Shown: positions 47,120 to 58,483 of the stretch, piece by piece
Layout: each line of letters opens with the position of its first letter
How positions within the stretch are numbered: the stretch's first letter is position 1
Notes under the pieces: model-generated
Database searches by the model: none
What the model was told of the DNA's origin: nothing
The model's input: only the letters and a program-made list of their open reading frames with translations
Position numbers and translations under genes: made by a program
From: Cyanobacteria bacterium P01_F01_bin.150
GTDB lineage: Bacteria > Cyanobacteriota > Cyanobacteriia > CAKZMO01
Direction: 5' to 3'
NCBI GenBank assembly: GCA_039189765.1
Contig: JBCCYL010000011.1
Location: 4,874 to 68,873, forward strand
DNA: 64,000 bases

Positions 47120-48439
47120 ATGACTGTAAGTAGAGATAAAGCTCCTACTGCTCAAGAAACATTTATGCAAATGGCCCAAGCGGCTGGATTGCGTGGTCGC
47201 ATTCTGGTCACTGTAGGCATGTTAATTCTTGTTAGACTTGGCATTTTTATACCCGTTCCTGGAATTGATCGCCAAGCGTTTCAAAGCGGTTTAGCTTCAA
47301 GCGGATTGGGAGGAATTGTAGGGTTCCTCGACATTTTTTCAGGTGGTGGCCTATCTCTGCTCGGAATTTTTGCGCTAGGCATCCTTCCCTACATTAACGC
47401 CTCAATTATTATGCAGCTTCTAACTGCTGCTTTGCCTAGCCTAGAAGATTTACAGAAGAATGAGGGGGAAGCTGGGCGGCGCAAGATATCTCAGATCACG
47501 CGCTATGTTGCACTTGCCTGGGCTTGTCTGCAAAGTACAGGATTGGCTGTTGCTGTTAATCAATTTGCTGAAAACCCTGGTCCTCAATTCATTATTAGCG
47601 TTGTGCTGGCTCTCACGGCTGGCTCAATGTTTGTAATGTGGGTGGGTGAGTTAGTGACTGAGAAGGGCATTGGTAATGGAGCGTCACTCCTTATATTTGT
47701 CAATATTGTTTCGTCGCTTCCACGGTCTCTGGGGGACACGATCGATCTGGCCCAGACAGCCGAGCAAAGGAGTATGGTTGGCGGAATCGTGATTCTGCTG
47801 CTCGTCTTCTTGGCGATGATTGTCGGTATTGTCTTTGTACAAGAAGGAACCCGACGAATTCCTATTGTTTCTGCTAGAAGGCAGGTTGGGCGTCGTAACT
47901 ATCCTGAGCGCAGTAGCTATTTGCCTCTTCGCCTCAATCAGGGAGGCGTTATGCCTATCATCTTTGCTACTGCTGTCTTAATTCTTCCGGCATCTCTAAC
48001 TCAGATATCGGCACTGGCAGAAAATGAATTGTTCATCTCTATTGTTGATTCCTTAAGGCCTGGCACTCTGACTTATGTCGTCGTATACCTGACTTTAATT
48101 CTTTTCTTCAGCTATTTCTACTCTTCTCTGGTGGTTAATCCCATTGATATGTCTCAAAATCTGAAGAAGATGGGTTCTAGTATTCCCAGTATTCGTCCTG
48201 GCAAGGCGACTAGTGAGTACTTAACTAAGATTTTGAATAGGCTTACGTTTTTGGGTGCTATCTTCCTTGGCATGGTAGCCATTATTCCGTCTGCAGTGGA
48301 AGGCGCAACCAGAGTCACAACATTTCAGGGTTTAGGAGCAACATCGCTTCTAATTCTTGTTGGCGTTGCAATTGATACTGCCAAGCAGATCCAAACTTAC
48401 GTTATATCTCAACGTTACGAAGGAATGGTTAAGCAGTAA
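47120..48439 (+). CDS. secY: Preprotein translocase subunit SecY
   Basis: A ten-TM profile, with LGILPYINASIIMQLL and ITEKGIGNGASLLIF. Confidence 0.96.
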   Translation: MTVSRDKAPTAQETFMQMAQAAGLRGRILVTVGMLILVRLGIFIPVPGIDRQAFQSGLASSGLGGIVGFLDIFSGGGLSLLGIFALGILPYINASIIMQLLTAALPSLEDLQKNEGEAGRRKISQITRYVALAWACLQSTGLAVAVNQFAENPGPQFIISVVLALTAGSMFVMWVGELVTEKGIGNGASLLIFVNIVSSLPRSLGDTIDLAQTAEQRSMVGGIVILLLVFLAMIVGIVFVQEGTRRIPIVSARRQVGRRNYPERSSYLPLRLNQGGVMPIIFATAVLILPASLTQISALAENELFISIVDSLRPGTLTYVVVYLTLILFFSYFYSSLVVNPIDMSQNLKKMGSSIPSIRPGKATSEYLTKILNRLTFLGAIFLGMVAIIPSAVEGATRVTTFQGLGATSLLILVGVAIDTAKQIQTYVISQRYEGMVKQ

Positions 48440-48500
48440 AAATGTTGATTCAATTCCCGAGTAGTGAAAGGAGCCAACGCGTAGTTTTCATGGAGGCGAT

Positions 48501-48728
48501 ATGTCTAAGCAGGATTTGATTGAAATGGAAGGGACGATTACGGAATCGTTACCCAATGCGATGTTTCGAGTGGATTTAGATAATGGGTTTAATGTGCTTG
48601 CCCATATCTCTGGAAAGATTCGCCGAAACTATATCAAGATTCTACCGGGTGATCGAGTGAAGGTTGAGCTGACACCCTATGACTTGACTAAGGGCCGCAT
48701 CACATATCGTTTAAGAAATAAAAAATGA
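48501..48728 (+). CDS. infA: Translation initiation factor IF-1
   Basis: [47 protein letters not shown]. Confidence 0.97.
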   Translation: MSKQDLIEMEGTITESLPNAMFRVDLDNGFNVLAHISGKIRRNYIKILPGDRVKVELTPYDLTKGRITYRLRNKK

Positions 48729-48830
48729 GTCTTGGCGCTGGCAAGTTCGGACTGAATTTGATGGTGTAGAGATAGAAACGTCTCGAATGCTAGGATATAT
48801 TGCTCTGTTCTTTTTAGTTAAGGGAGTGTC

Positions 48831-48944
48831 ATGAAGGTTAAACCATCTGTAAGAAAGATGTGTGAAAAATATCGTGTGATTAAGCGGAATGACCAGATAA
48901 TGGTTATCTGCCCTAATACCAAGCATGAGCAACGTAAAGGGTAA
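48831..48944 (+). CDS. rpmJ: 50S ribosomal protein L36
   Basis: A 37-codon ORF that is not in the supplied track: [37 protein letters not shown]. An AGGGAG RBS lies upstream. Confidence 0.9.
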   Translation: MKVKPSVRKMCEKYRVIKRNDQIMVICPNTKHEQRKG

Positions 48945-49004
48945 GGCCAAGAAGGTTCTTTTAAACTAATTTGTAGATTTCTAGAGGATATAGGGAGTTG
49001 TTGC

Positions 49005-49385
49005 GTGGCAAGAATTGCAGGGGTAGATCTACCCCGTGAGAAGCGAGTAGAGATTGCTTTGACATACATCTATGGGATTGGTCTATCAAGGTCCCAAGAG
49101 ATTTTGCAGAAAACAGGTGTCAATCCCGACACTCGGGCTAAAGATTTATCTGATGCTGATATCGTTGCGTTAAGGAAGATTGTCGAGGGAGATTACCAGG
49201 TAGAAGGTGATCTTCGCAGATGGGAATCTTTTAACATCAAACGATTAATGGATATTGGTGCATATCGTGGACGCCGTCATCGCATGGGGCTACCCGTAAG
49301 GGGGCAACGTACCCGAACTAATGCCAGGACTAGGCGAAGCGGTAAGCGAACTATTGCTGGAAAAAAGAAAGCGCCCAGGAAGTGA
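49005..49385 (+). CDS. rpsM: 30S ribosomal protein S13
   Basis: [25 protein letters not shown], with a GTG start. Confidence 0.97.
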   Translation: MARIAGVDLPREKRVEIALTYIYGIGLSRSQEILQKTGVNPDTRAKDLSDADIVALRKIVEGDYQVEGDLRRWESFNIKRLMDIGAYRGRRHRMGLPVRGQRTRTNARTRRSGKRTIAGKKKAPRK

Positions 49386-49485
49386 TAAATATCTATTCCA
49401 GCGTATGCTTTCGTTACTCCATGATTTTTCAGTAGTGGCAAAGGGCAGGAAACAAAAGATTTTACAGAGTCAATAGGCGAAATAC

Positions 49486-49881
49486 ATGGCAAAGCAACCG
49501 ACACGAAAGACTGGACCAAGGAAGCAGAAAAAGAACATTCCTAGTGGTGTTGCCCACATCCGTTCTACCTTCAACAACACTATTGTTACAATCTCTGATG
49601 TTGGCGGAGAAGCTGTTTCTTGGGCATCTGCTGGTTCCAGTGGTTTCAAAGGCGCGAAGAAAGGAACTCCATTTGCGGCTCAAACAGCGGCTGAGAGCGC
49701 AGCAAGGCGAGCCATCGATCAAGGCATGCGACAGGTTGAGGTTATGGTAAGTGGACCAGGTGCCGGTCGAGAGACCGCAATTAGGGCACTACAGGGAGCT
49801 GGTTTAGAAATAACGCTCATTCGAGACGTTACACCAATCCCGCACAACGGTTGTCGCCCTCCGAAACGCAGGCGTGTTTAA
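49486..49881 (+). CDS. rpsK: 30S ribosomal protein S11
   Basis: [18 protein letters not shown] ... [14 protein letters not shown]. Confidence 0.97.
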   Translation: MAKQPTRKTGPRKQKKNIPSGVAHIRSTFNNTIVTISDVGGEAVSWASAGSSGFKGAKKGTPFAAQTAAESAARRAIDQGMRQVEVMVSGPGAGRETAIRALQGAGLEITLIRDVTPIPHNGCRPPKRRRV

Positions 49882-49985
49882 GTTTGGTGTAGTGAAAAAA
49901 TCAATTTTTTCACGGAAATAGCTGGCGCATGTTTGAAAATTACCATCATTCTGCTACTTGAATGGATTTAGAGGAAAGGCAAGTA

Positions 49986-50933
49986 ATGACACAGTTTCAA
50001 GTTGAATGCATAGAGTCTGATACTGGCGAAGATCATAGTCTGTACGGAAAATTTGTTATGGAACCCTTGGAGAGAGGCCAAGGGATAACAGTGGGAAATG
50101 CGTTGCGAAGAGTTTTGCTCTCCAACTTGCCTGGGACGTCTATTACATCCGTTCGGATAGCAGGTGTGACACATGAATTTGCTACTATTCCAGGAGTTCG
50201 TGAGGACGTTCTTGATATTCTTTTGAATATGAAGGACATTGCGTTGAGAAGCTACTCTCCCCAGCCCCAGATTGGTCGTCTGCTGGTGCAGGGGCCGACA
50301 TCTGTCACGGCTGGACACCTAGACTTATCGGCGGATGTCGAGGTTGTTAATCCCTCTCACTATATTGCTACTGTTTCTGCTGGAGCGACCCTGGAAATGG
50401 AGTTTCGCATTGAGACAGGTACGGGATATCGAGCGGTAGAAAGAGGCCGGGACGAGGCGGCCGCGTTAGATTTTCTGCAAATTGATGCGGTGTTCATGCC
50501 CGTTCGTAAGGTCCATTATTCCGTTGAATCTACCCGAATTGGAGGTTCAGCAGAACAAGATCGGTTGATCATGGAATTATGGACAGATGGCAGTCTTCCT
50601 CCCCAGGATGCAATTAGTCAGGCTGCAAGTATTCTTGTAGATCTCTTCAATCCGCTCAAGGATGTCACAATTGTTCCTATTGAGGACGGAGAAGTTCCGG
50701 AAGAGAATCCTGAGAGCCAGATTCCTATTGAAGAGTTACAGCTCTCTGTACGGGCTTACAATTGCCTAAAACGTGCTCAAATCAATTCAGTTGCCGACCT
50801 TCTTGATTACACACAGGAAGATCTGCTTGAAATTAAGAACTTTGGTGCCAAATCTGCTGAGGAGGTCATTGAAGCCCTACAGGATCGCCTTGGCATTACG
50901 TTGCCCCATGAAAAGTCTGCAAAATCTGGCTAG
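49986..50933 (+). CDS. rpoA: DNA-directed RNA polymerase subunit alpha
   Basis: [26 protein letters not shown] and the C-terminal [24 protein letters not shown]. Confidence 0.96.
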   Translation: MTQFQVECIESDTGEDHSLYGKFVMEPLERGQGITVGNALRRVLLSNLPGTSITSVRIAGVTHEFATIPGVREDVLDILLNMKDIALRSYSPQPQIGRLLVQGPTSVTAGHLDLSADVEVVNPSHYIATVSAGATLEMEFRIETGTGYRAVERGRDEAAALDFLQIDAVFMPVRKVHYSVESTRIGGSAEQDRLIMELWTDGSLPPQDAISQAASILVDLFNPLKDVTIVPIEDGEVPEENPESQIPIEELQLSVRAYNCLKRAQINSVADLLDYTQEDLLEIKNFGAKSAEEVIEALQDRLGITLPHEKSAKSG

Positions 50934-50992
50934 ATGCAGCCTTAACAAGCTTTAATTTTGAATATCTGCAAGAATTTTATTTTAAGGACACT

Positions 50993-51343
50993 ATGCGCCA
51001 TCGTCGTCGAGTTCATCAATTAGGTCGGCCTGCTGACCAACGCCGTGCTTTACTGAGGACATTAACAACTCAGCTTATTCGTCACGGTAGCATTACCATC
51101 ACGAAGGCTCGGGCTAAAGCCGTTCGAGAAGAGGCTGAGCGAATGATTACCTTAGCAAAGGACGGGTCTCTTGCGGCTCGTCGTAGAGCATTAGGGTACA
51201 TGTATGACAAGGACTTAGTTCATTCCTTATTTGAGGGCGCTACTGAGCGATATGGCGATCGCAACGGTGGATATACTCGCATTTCTCGAACAGTACGTCG
51301 ACGAGGCGACAGTGCAGAGATGGCGATTATTGAACTGCTCTAG
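50993..51343 (+). CDS. rplQ: 50S ribosomal protein L17
   Basis: [22 protein letters not shown]. Confidence 0.97.
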   Translation: MRHRRRVHQLGRPADQRRALLRTLTTQLIRHGSITITKARAKAVREEAERMITLAKDGSLAARRRALGYMYDKDLVHSLFEGATERYGDRNGGYTRISRTVRRRGDSAEMAIIELL

Positions 51344-51423
51344 AACAATTCAATAATTGCAACAGGCATTTAAGCAGGAATAGTTCATTGGTCGATCCTT
51401 AGTTCTTTGCGTGTGTTATTTCA

Positions 51424-52278
51424 ATGCAGCAGTCTCATTCCCATGATAAAGATGGCGATGGCAATTTCCATAGAGTTGCTCTATTGGTTCAATACATTGG
51501 CACTCACTATCACGGATGGCAACGTCAACCTAATCATTCTTCTGTACAGGAAGAGATAGAGGGTGTTATTGAGGATGTGTTAGGGTATTCTACTGTTTTA
51601 CATGGTGCTGGGCGAACTGATTCTGGGGTTCATGCCGCTGCACAGGTTGCCCATTTCGATGCTCCCGATCATATTCCTGCGTACAGGTGGGCGGACATTT
51701 TGAGTCATCGACTACCCAATGATATTGTTGTTCGACAGTCCGTTCAGGTCAGTGCTGGATGGCATGCCCGTTTTTCAGCAATCTGGAGACGTTATCGGTA
51801 CACGATTTACACCGCAGTGCGGCCTAACCTATTTGTACGGCCATTCACTTGGCACTACTATCATGCCCAACTTGATGAGGCTGTCATGCAGCGATCGCTA
51901 GAGCCACTTTTGGGTAGGCATCACCTTGAAGCGTTTCATCGTGCTGGGTCTAGCCGTTCTCATTCCTGGGTTGATGTTCAAGAGCTTAGCTGTGAGCGTA
52001 ATGGAGCATTTCTGCATATCGAGGTTCAAGCGAGTGGATTTCTATATGGAATGATGAGGCTTTTAACGGGGCTTTTGGTGGAGGTGGGAAGGGGATATAG
52101 GACGCCAAGATCGTTCACTGAGATATGGCAATCGGGAGATCGCAGTCGAGTGCGATATGCAGCTCCACCGCAAGGGTTGTGTCTATTGAAAGTTGGTTAT
52201 GATGACATGCCTTTCGAAAGTTCTCTTTGGTACGATGCTCAACCAACCTATATGTTTTCAACGCAGGTATGTTCTTGA
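51424..52278 (+). CDS. truA: tRNA pseudouridine(38-40) synthase TruA
   Basis: RVALLVQYIGTHYHGWQRQ ... GAGRTDSGVHA ... RRYRY. Confidence 0.92.
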   Translation: MQQSHSHDKDGDGNFHRVALLVQYIGTHYHGWQRQPNHSSVQEEIEGVIEDVLGYSTVLHGAGRTDSGVHAAAQVAHFDAPDHIPAYRWADILSHRLPNDIVVRQSVQVSAGWHARFSAIWRRYRYTIYTAVRPNLFVRPFTWHYYHAQLDEAVMQRSLEPLLGRHHLEAFHRAGSSRSHSWVDVQELSCERNGAFLHIEVQASGFLYGMMRLLTGLLVEVGRGYRTPRSFTEIWQSGDRSRVRYAAPPQGLCLLKVGYDDMPFESSLWYDAQPTYMFSTQVCS

Positions 52279-52382
52279 GGAAGAAGCTTTTGATGACTCG
52301 ATTGCCTGTGTGATTAAGTTCGTTTGATGATTTGGGCTGTATACGTTTTGTTAAAGTGTGAATGGATTGAGGATTAGAGACC

Positions 52383-52838
52383 ATGATTAAAACTTTTGTA
52401 CCATCAAAGAAAGCCATAGAGCAGGCGTGGTACGTCGTTGATGCTCAAGATCAGCGTTTGGGTAGGCTTGCTACGGAGATCGCTATGATACTAAGGGGAA
52501 AAAATAAGCCTATTTATTCCCCTCACATGGACACTGGCGATTTTGTCATTGTTATCAATGCTGATAAGGTTGATGTCACAGGACGTAAGCGCTCTCAGAA
52601 ACTGTACCGCCGTCATTCAGGTCGCCCCGGCGGAATGAAGGTTGAGACATTTGACAAGTTACAGAGCCGCATTCCAGAACGTATCATCGAAAAAGCAGTT
52701 AAAGGGATGTTGCCTAAGAATGCATTGGGACGTCAGCTTTTTAGGAAGTTGAAGGTTTATGCTGGTCCAAATCACCCTCACCAGGCTCAGAAGCCTCAAG
52801 TGCTTGAAATTCAAACAATTCCAGGAGGTCAAGGTTAA
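52383..52838 (+). CDS. rplM: 50S ribosomal protein L13
   Basis: [28 protein letters not shown]. Confidence 0.97.
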   Translation: MIKTFVPSKKAIEQAWYVVDAQDQRLGRLATEIAMILRGKNKPIYSPHMDTGDFVIVINADKVDVTGRKRSQKLYRRHSGRPGGMKVETFDKLQSRIPERIIEKAVKGMLPKNALGRQLFRKLKVYAGPNHPHQAQKPQVLEIQTIPGGQG

Positions 52839-53248
52839 TGTCAGATGGAAATAATAACCAGGTAGTGTACTGGGGGACAGGACGGCGTAAATCTTCTGTT
52901 GCCCGCGTTAGGCTGGTACCTGGAAATGGTCAGTTGGTCATCAACGGTCGCAACGGAGAAAATTACTTACAATATAACCCTGGCTATTTGTCTGCGGCTA
53001 AGGCTCCTTTGGAGACCCTCGGTCTTGAGGCTGAGTATGACATTTTAGTCAATGTTCATGGTGGAGGTCTAACTGGGCAGGCTGATTCTATCCGCTTGGG
53101 CGTTGCGCGGGCACTATGCGAACTTGATCCGGAAAATCGTAAGCCATTGAAGAGTGAAGGCTATTTGACACGCGATCCACGTTCTAAGGAGCGGAAGAAG
53201 TATGGATTGCATAAAGCACGTAAAGCTCCCCAATACTCTAAGCGCTAA
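52838..53248 (+). CDS. rpsI: 30S ribosomal protein S9
   Basis: [17 protein letters not shown] ... [19 protein letters not shown] ... [11 protein letters not shown]. Confidence 0.97.
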   Translation: MSDGNNNQVVYWGTGRRKSSVARVRLVPGNGQLVINGRNGENYLQYNPGYLSAAKAPLETLGLEAEYDILVNVHGGGLTGQADSIRLGVARALCELDPENRKPLKSEGYLTRDPRSKERKKYGLHKARKAPQYSKR

Positions 53249-53334
53249 AGCTTTTACGTTTTTTATTATCCATCTTGGAAATCAACAGTTTCCAGATTTT
53301 ATTGCATTCAATCGCTTTTATTAAGGTTATAAAA

Positions 53335-53559
53335 ATGCCGAAAGAAGGACTTCATCCAGAATGGTACCCCGAAGCTAAAGTATTTTGCAACGGGGAGTTA
53401 GTTGCGACTATGGGTTCAACAAAGCCAGAGCTTCATGTCGATGTGTGGTCTGGAAATCACCCTTTCTACACAGGAACCCAGCGTATTATGGATACAGAAG
53501 GTCGCGTTGAACGATTCTTGAGAAAGTATGGAATGTCAGATACTACGGGATCAAAGTAA
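53335..53559 (+). CDS. rpmE: 50S ribosomal protein L31
   Basis: MPKEGLHPEWYPEAKVFCNGE ... HPFYTG. Confidence 0.93.
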   Translation: MPKEGLHPEWYPEAKVFCNGELVATMGSTKPELHVDVWSGNHPFYTGTQRIMDTEGRVERFLRKYGMSDTTGSK

Positions 53560-53619
53560 AGTTGACATCCAATACTGCGCTTTGATTTGACAGAAATGGG
53601 ATCGGGACGAAATGTGTAG

Positions 53620-54744
<1,125 letters not shown>

Positions 54745-54883
54745 TTTTTTGGGGATGTGTCAAAGCCGCGCCCCCAAAACGTTATCTCGGTCTTCTTAAA
54801 TTTTTATTTCTAAGTAGGCTATTAAAGTCATGACCAATATGCCAAGTGAAAGTACAATATCTTTGTCCTAGATTGGTAGTCTC

Positions 54884-56185
54884 ATGGCGCGTTTCTTGCA
54901 TGTTGCTGATGTTCATCTGGGATTCGATCGCTACAACAATCGAATCCGTAGTCAAGACTTTTTCAAAGCCTTTTACGATTTACTCAAAATATACGCAGTT
55001 GATCGAAAAGTAGATTTTGTGTTGATTGCTGGTGATCTATTTGAACATCGCAATATAAAGCCCGCTACTCTCAATCAGGCTCAAGTGTGTTTGAATTTAC
55101 TAGCTGAAGCTAAAATCCCAGTGATTGCCATTGAGGGTAATCATGATAATCGGCCTTACGGGACTAAAACGAGTTGGCTGCGTTACTTAGCAGATTGGGG
55201 ATCACTTATCTTTCTTGAACCGGACAGCCAGGATAATGGTACTGTCTTTCTATCGCCGTGGGATTTGGACAGCCGATTTGGTGGCTATATTGACTTAGAC
55301 TGTGGCGTGAGAGTTATTGGAACACACTGGTATGGTGCAGTTGCGCCTCAAGCGATTAAGCAAATTGCTGTGGCGATGAATGCTCTACCTTCTGGTCCAC
55401 CTTATACTGTTACGATGTTACATCACGGCCTTGAAGGGCATGTCGCACGGTATGCAGGCGCATTACGCTATGAGGAGCTGCTACCGTTACGAGACGCAGG
55501 AACTGATTATTTAGCCCTAGGCCATATTCACAAAAACTACAGTGTGGAAAACTGGATCTTTAATCCTGGTTCCATAGAGGCAAATAGTATTGAAGAGAGC
55601 AAATATAACAGAGGCATTTATCTAGTTACCCTGAACGATCTCCCCAATGAAAAAGGGGTAGAAGCAATTTTTTGCCAAGATTATTGTCAACGTTCTATTG
55701 TGCGATTGCATCTTAAACTTAAAGGACATGAGCTAGTTGATATGGTTGAGTCGGCGGCTTTGTCAATGGTAAAACAGGCAATTTCAGAGAAAAAGATCGA
55801 TCCCAAAGAGGAGCCGATTGTAGAGCTCAGAATTACAGGCCGGATTGGATTTGAGCGGTCAGATCTGGATACTCGACCGCTACAGCTCCTCCTCCAAAAG
55901 GTTAGCAATGCTTTGATCTTTTTGCTTCGCTACGATGTCAACACCATCAACTATCAATCCCCTTTGCCTGAAGAAGAGAATCGGATACATATTGAGACAG
56001 ATGTATATGCCGATCTCATTGCCGGTCATGCCAAATATCGTAACCAGACTGAACTTCTTGCGAAATCGCTTTGTCAACTCAAAGAACTGCATTTTCAGCA
56101 AGAATCAGAGCCTGCCTTATATCAATTTGTTAGTCAGCTTTTACATCAAACGATTAAGGATCCATTATCTCATACCCAGAAATAA
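54884..56185 (+). CDS. SbcD/Mre11-type metallophosphoesterase (DNA repair exonuclease-like)
   Basis: Calcineurin-like motifs FLHVADVHLG, AGDLFE, GNHD, LHHG and GHIH. Confidence 0.8.
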   Translation: MARFLHVADVHLGFDRYNNRIRSQDFFKAFYDLLKIYAVDRKVDFVLIAGDLFEHRNIKPATLNQAQVCLNLLAEAKIPVIAIEGNHDNRPYGTKTSWLRYLADWGSLIFLEPDSQDNGTVFLSPWDLDSRFGGYIDLDCGVRVIGTHWYGAVAPQAIKQIAVAMNALPSGPPYTVTMLHHGLEGHVARYAGALRYEELLPLRDAGTDYLALGHIHKNYSVENWIFNPGSIEANSIEESKYNRGIYLVTLNDLPNEKGVEAIFCQDYCQRSIVRLHLKLKGHELVDMVESAALSMVKQAISEKKIDPKEEPIVELRITGRIGFERSDLDTRPLQLLLQKVSNALIFLLRYDVNTINYQSPLPEEENRIHIETDVYADLIAGHAKYRNQTELLAKSLCQLKELHFQQESEPALYQFVSQLLHQTIKDPLSHTQK

Positions 56186-56439
56186 GTTGGGATTGGGAGA
56201 TTGCTGCGTTCCTGCTTGGGGTTTAAGACAGAGCCTTGTAATATTTTTTGCATCAGCATCTTTGGCAGATTCTCCTTTAGTGGAATTTAAGCCTTATTAA
56301 TCAAGATGAATTATGAAGAAAACAGAAAATTTGTTAAGCTTGGGTTGAATTTATGCCTTGGCTGCTAAAACTGCACGATATGGCTGTAGGCGTAACATTC
56401 AATCGGTTTAATGTTTGACGCATAGGGAAGAGATTTATT

Positions 56440-58152
56440 ATGTTGCGCCTGGAACATGTCAGCAAGATGTATCCCACTGGTGAAGTTCTTAAGGATATTA
56501 ATTGGGAAGTTAAACCTGGGGATCGAATTGGCCTAGTGGGTATGAATGGCGCTGGCAAATCCACGCAGCTCAAACTGATTGCAGGCAAAGATGAACCCAC
56601 CTCTGGGACGATTGTGCGCCCTAATAGCTTGAATATTGCTTATCTGACCCAAGAATTTGAGGTTGATCCTCGGCGCACTGTACGTGAGGAATTTTGGACT
56701 GTCTTTGAAGACGCGAATGAAATTCAGAATGCGATCGCTGACACTCAAATCAAAATGGAAACGGCTGATCCCAGTAAGCTGGAAAGTCTCATTCATGATC
56801 TGGATCGACATCAACGAAACTTTGAAGCTCTAGATGGCTATGGTTTAGAATCCCGCATTGAAAAAATCTTACCGGAAGTTGGCTTTGATAAAGACGATGG
56901 AGATCGCCTGGTGAGTGCGTTTAGCGGTGGTTGGCAGATGCGTATGAGTCTGGGTAAGATTCTTTTACAGGCCCCTGACTTGTTACTGCTGGACGAGCCA
57001 ACTAACCACTTAGATTTAGAGACGATTGAATGGTTAGAGGCCTACCTCAAGGGCCTAACGACTCCAATGGTAATTGTGTCCCATGACCGGGAATTTTTAG
57101 ACCGACTCTGCACTCAAATTGTGGAAACTGAACGAGGAGTTTCAACATCATATTTGGGCAACTACACGGCCTACTTAACTCAAAAAGCCGAAACGCAACA
57201 GGCTCAACAGGCAGCGTTTGAACGTCAGCAAAAAGAATTAGATAAACAGCAAGCCTTTGTCGACCGTTTTCGGGCCAGCGCTACTCGCAGTACTCAAGCG
57301 AAAAGCCGAGAACGCCAACTGGACAAAATAGAACGTATTGAGGCTCCCACGGGCAATGTTAGATCCCTTGATTTTCGATTTCCTGATGCTCCCCGTAGTG
57401 GGCGAGAAGTAGTACAAATTAGCGATCTCACTCATTTTTATAACGACAATATTCTATTCCTCGGAGCAGAGTTGCTGATTGAAAGAGGCGATCGCATTGC
57501 CTTTTTGGGACCCAACGGTTCCGGCAAATCAACGTTGCTCAAGATTATCATGGGTCTAGAACAACCATCAGAGGGAATGGCTAAGCTAGGCGAGCACAGC
57601 GTGATCCCTGGTTACTTTGAACAAAATCAGGCTGAAGCCCTTTCACTACAAAAAAACGTTATGGACACTATTCATGACGAAGTGCCGGACTGGAAAGATG
57701 AAGAAGTTCGTACTCTGCTTGGAAAATTTTTGTTCAGCAAAGATACTGTATTCAAGAAAGTTGAAACTCTAAGTGGTGGTGAAAAAGCCCGATTAGCTTT
57801 AGCGAAGATGCTATTACAACCTGTAAATGTTTTAATTCTGGACGAGCCTACAAATCATTTAGATATTCCTGCAAAAGAAATGCTGGAGTCAGCTCTCCAG
57901 CAGTATGAAGGGACGGTTTTAGTGGTGTCCCACGATCGCTACTTTATCTCTAAAGTCGCTAATAAAATCGTCGAGTTAAAAGATGGCGAACTGCGACTCT
58001 ATCGGGGTGACTATCACTACTATCTTGATAAGATTGCTGAGGAGAAGGAGAAAGCCAGATTAGCGGAAGAGCAGGCTAAAAGGGCCGCTAAAGCAGCCGC
58101 AAAACGCGAAAAACAGCGTAATAAAAAAAGAGAAAAGGCAAAGAAAAAATAA
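56440..58152 (+). CDS. ABC-F family ATPase (two ABC cassettes, no TM domain)
   Basis: Cassette 1: GMNGAGKST, FSGGWQMR, LLLLDEPTNHLD. Cassette 2: GPNGSGKST, LSGGEKARL, ILDEPTNHLD. A Lys-rich C-terminal tail follows. Confidence 0.92.
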   Translation: MLRLEHVSKMYPTGEVLKDINWEVKPGDRIGLVGMNGAGKSTQLKLIAGKDEPTSGTIVRPNSLNIAYLTQEFEVDPRRTVREEFWTVFEDANEIQNAIADTQIKMETADPSKLESLIHDLDRHQRNFEALDGYGLESRIEKILPEVGFDKDDGDRLVSAFSGGWQMRMSLGKILLQAPDLLLLDEPTNHLDLETIEWLEAYLKGLTTPMVIVSHDREFLDRLCTQIVETERGVSTSYLGNYTAYLTQKAETQQAQQAAFERQQKELDKQQAFVDRFRASATRSTQAKSRERQLDKIERIEAPTGNVRSLDFRFPDAPRSGREVVQISDLTHFYNDNILFLGAELLIERGDRIAFLGPNGSGKSTLLKIIMGLEQPSEGMAKLGEHSVIPGYFEQNQAEALSLQKNVMDTIHDEVPDWKDEEVRTLLGKFLFSKDTVFKKVETLSGGEKARLALAKMLLQPVNVLILDEPTNHLDIPAKEMLESALQQYEGTVLVVSHDRYFISKVANKIVELKDGELRLYRGDYHYYLDKIAEEKEKARLAEEQAKRAAKAAAKREKQRNKKREKAKKK

Positions 58153-58483
58153 CACATTAATGATTAGATACCACGGTTTGATACACTAGTCTTAAGATTG
58201 TGTAAAAAAGACAGAATATTGTTCTAGTTGGCCATTAAAAGAATGGTAGGTAAAACTATCTACCAGCTACCAGGGGCAAAAATTTTAATTTAATCTAGCA
58301 GAGTCTACGAATCATGTTCATAGCATTCTACTTTAAGAGTCCTGTGATGTGAATATCCTGCTTTATGAATGGATTAGGTACAACGTTCCTCAGGAAGCCC
58401 GTTTGGGCCAATTCATTCCAAGAGAATATCTTGGATATCAAGTTTATTATTGCCGAGAAATTAATTAGAGAAGGGCTACTTTC

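Noticed and set aside
55935-56300. 121-aa alternative-frame ORF at the 3' end of the SbcD-like gene
   Set aside because: It is embedded in and overlaps the longer motif-bearing CDS.
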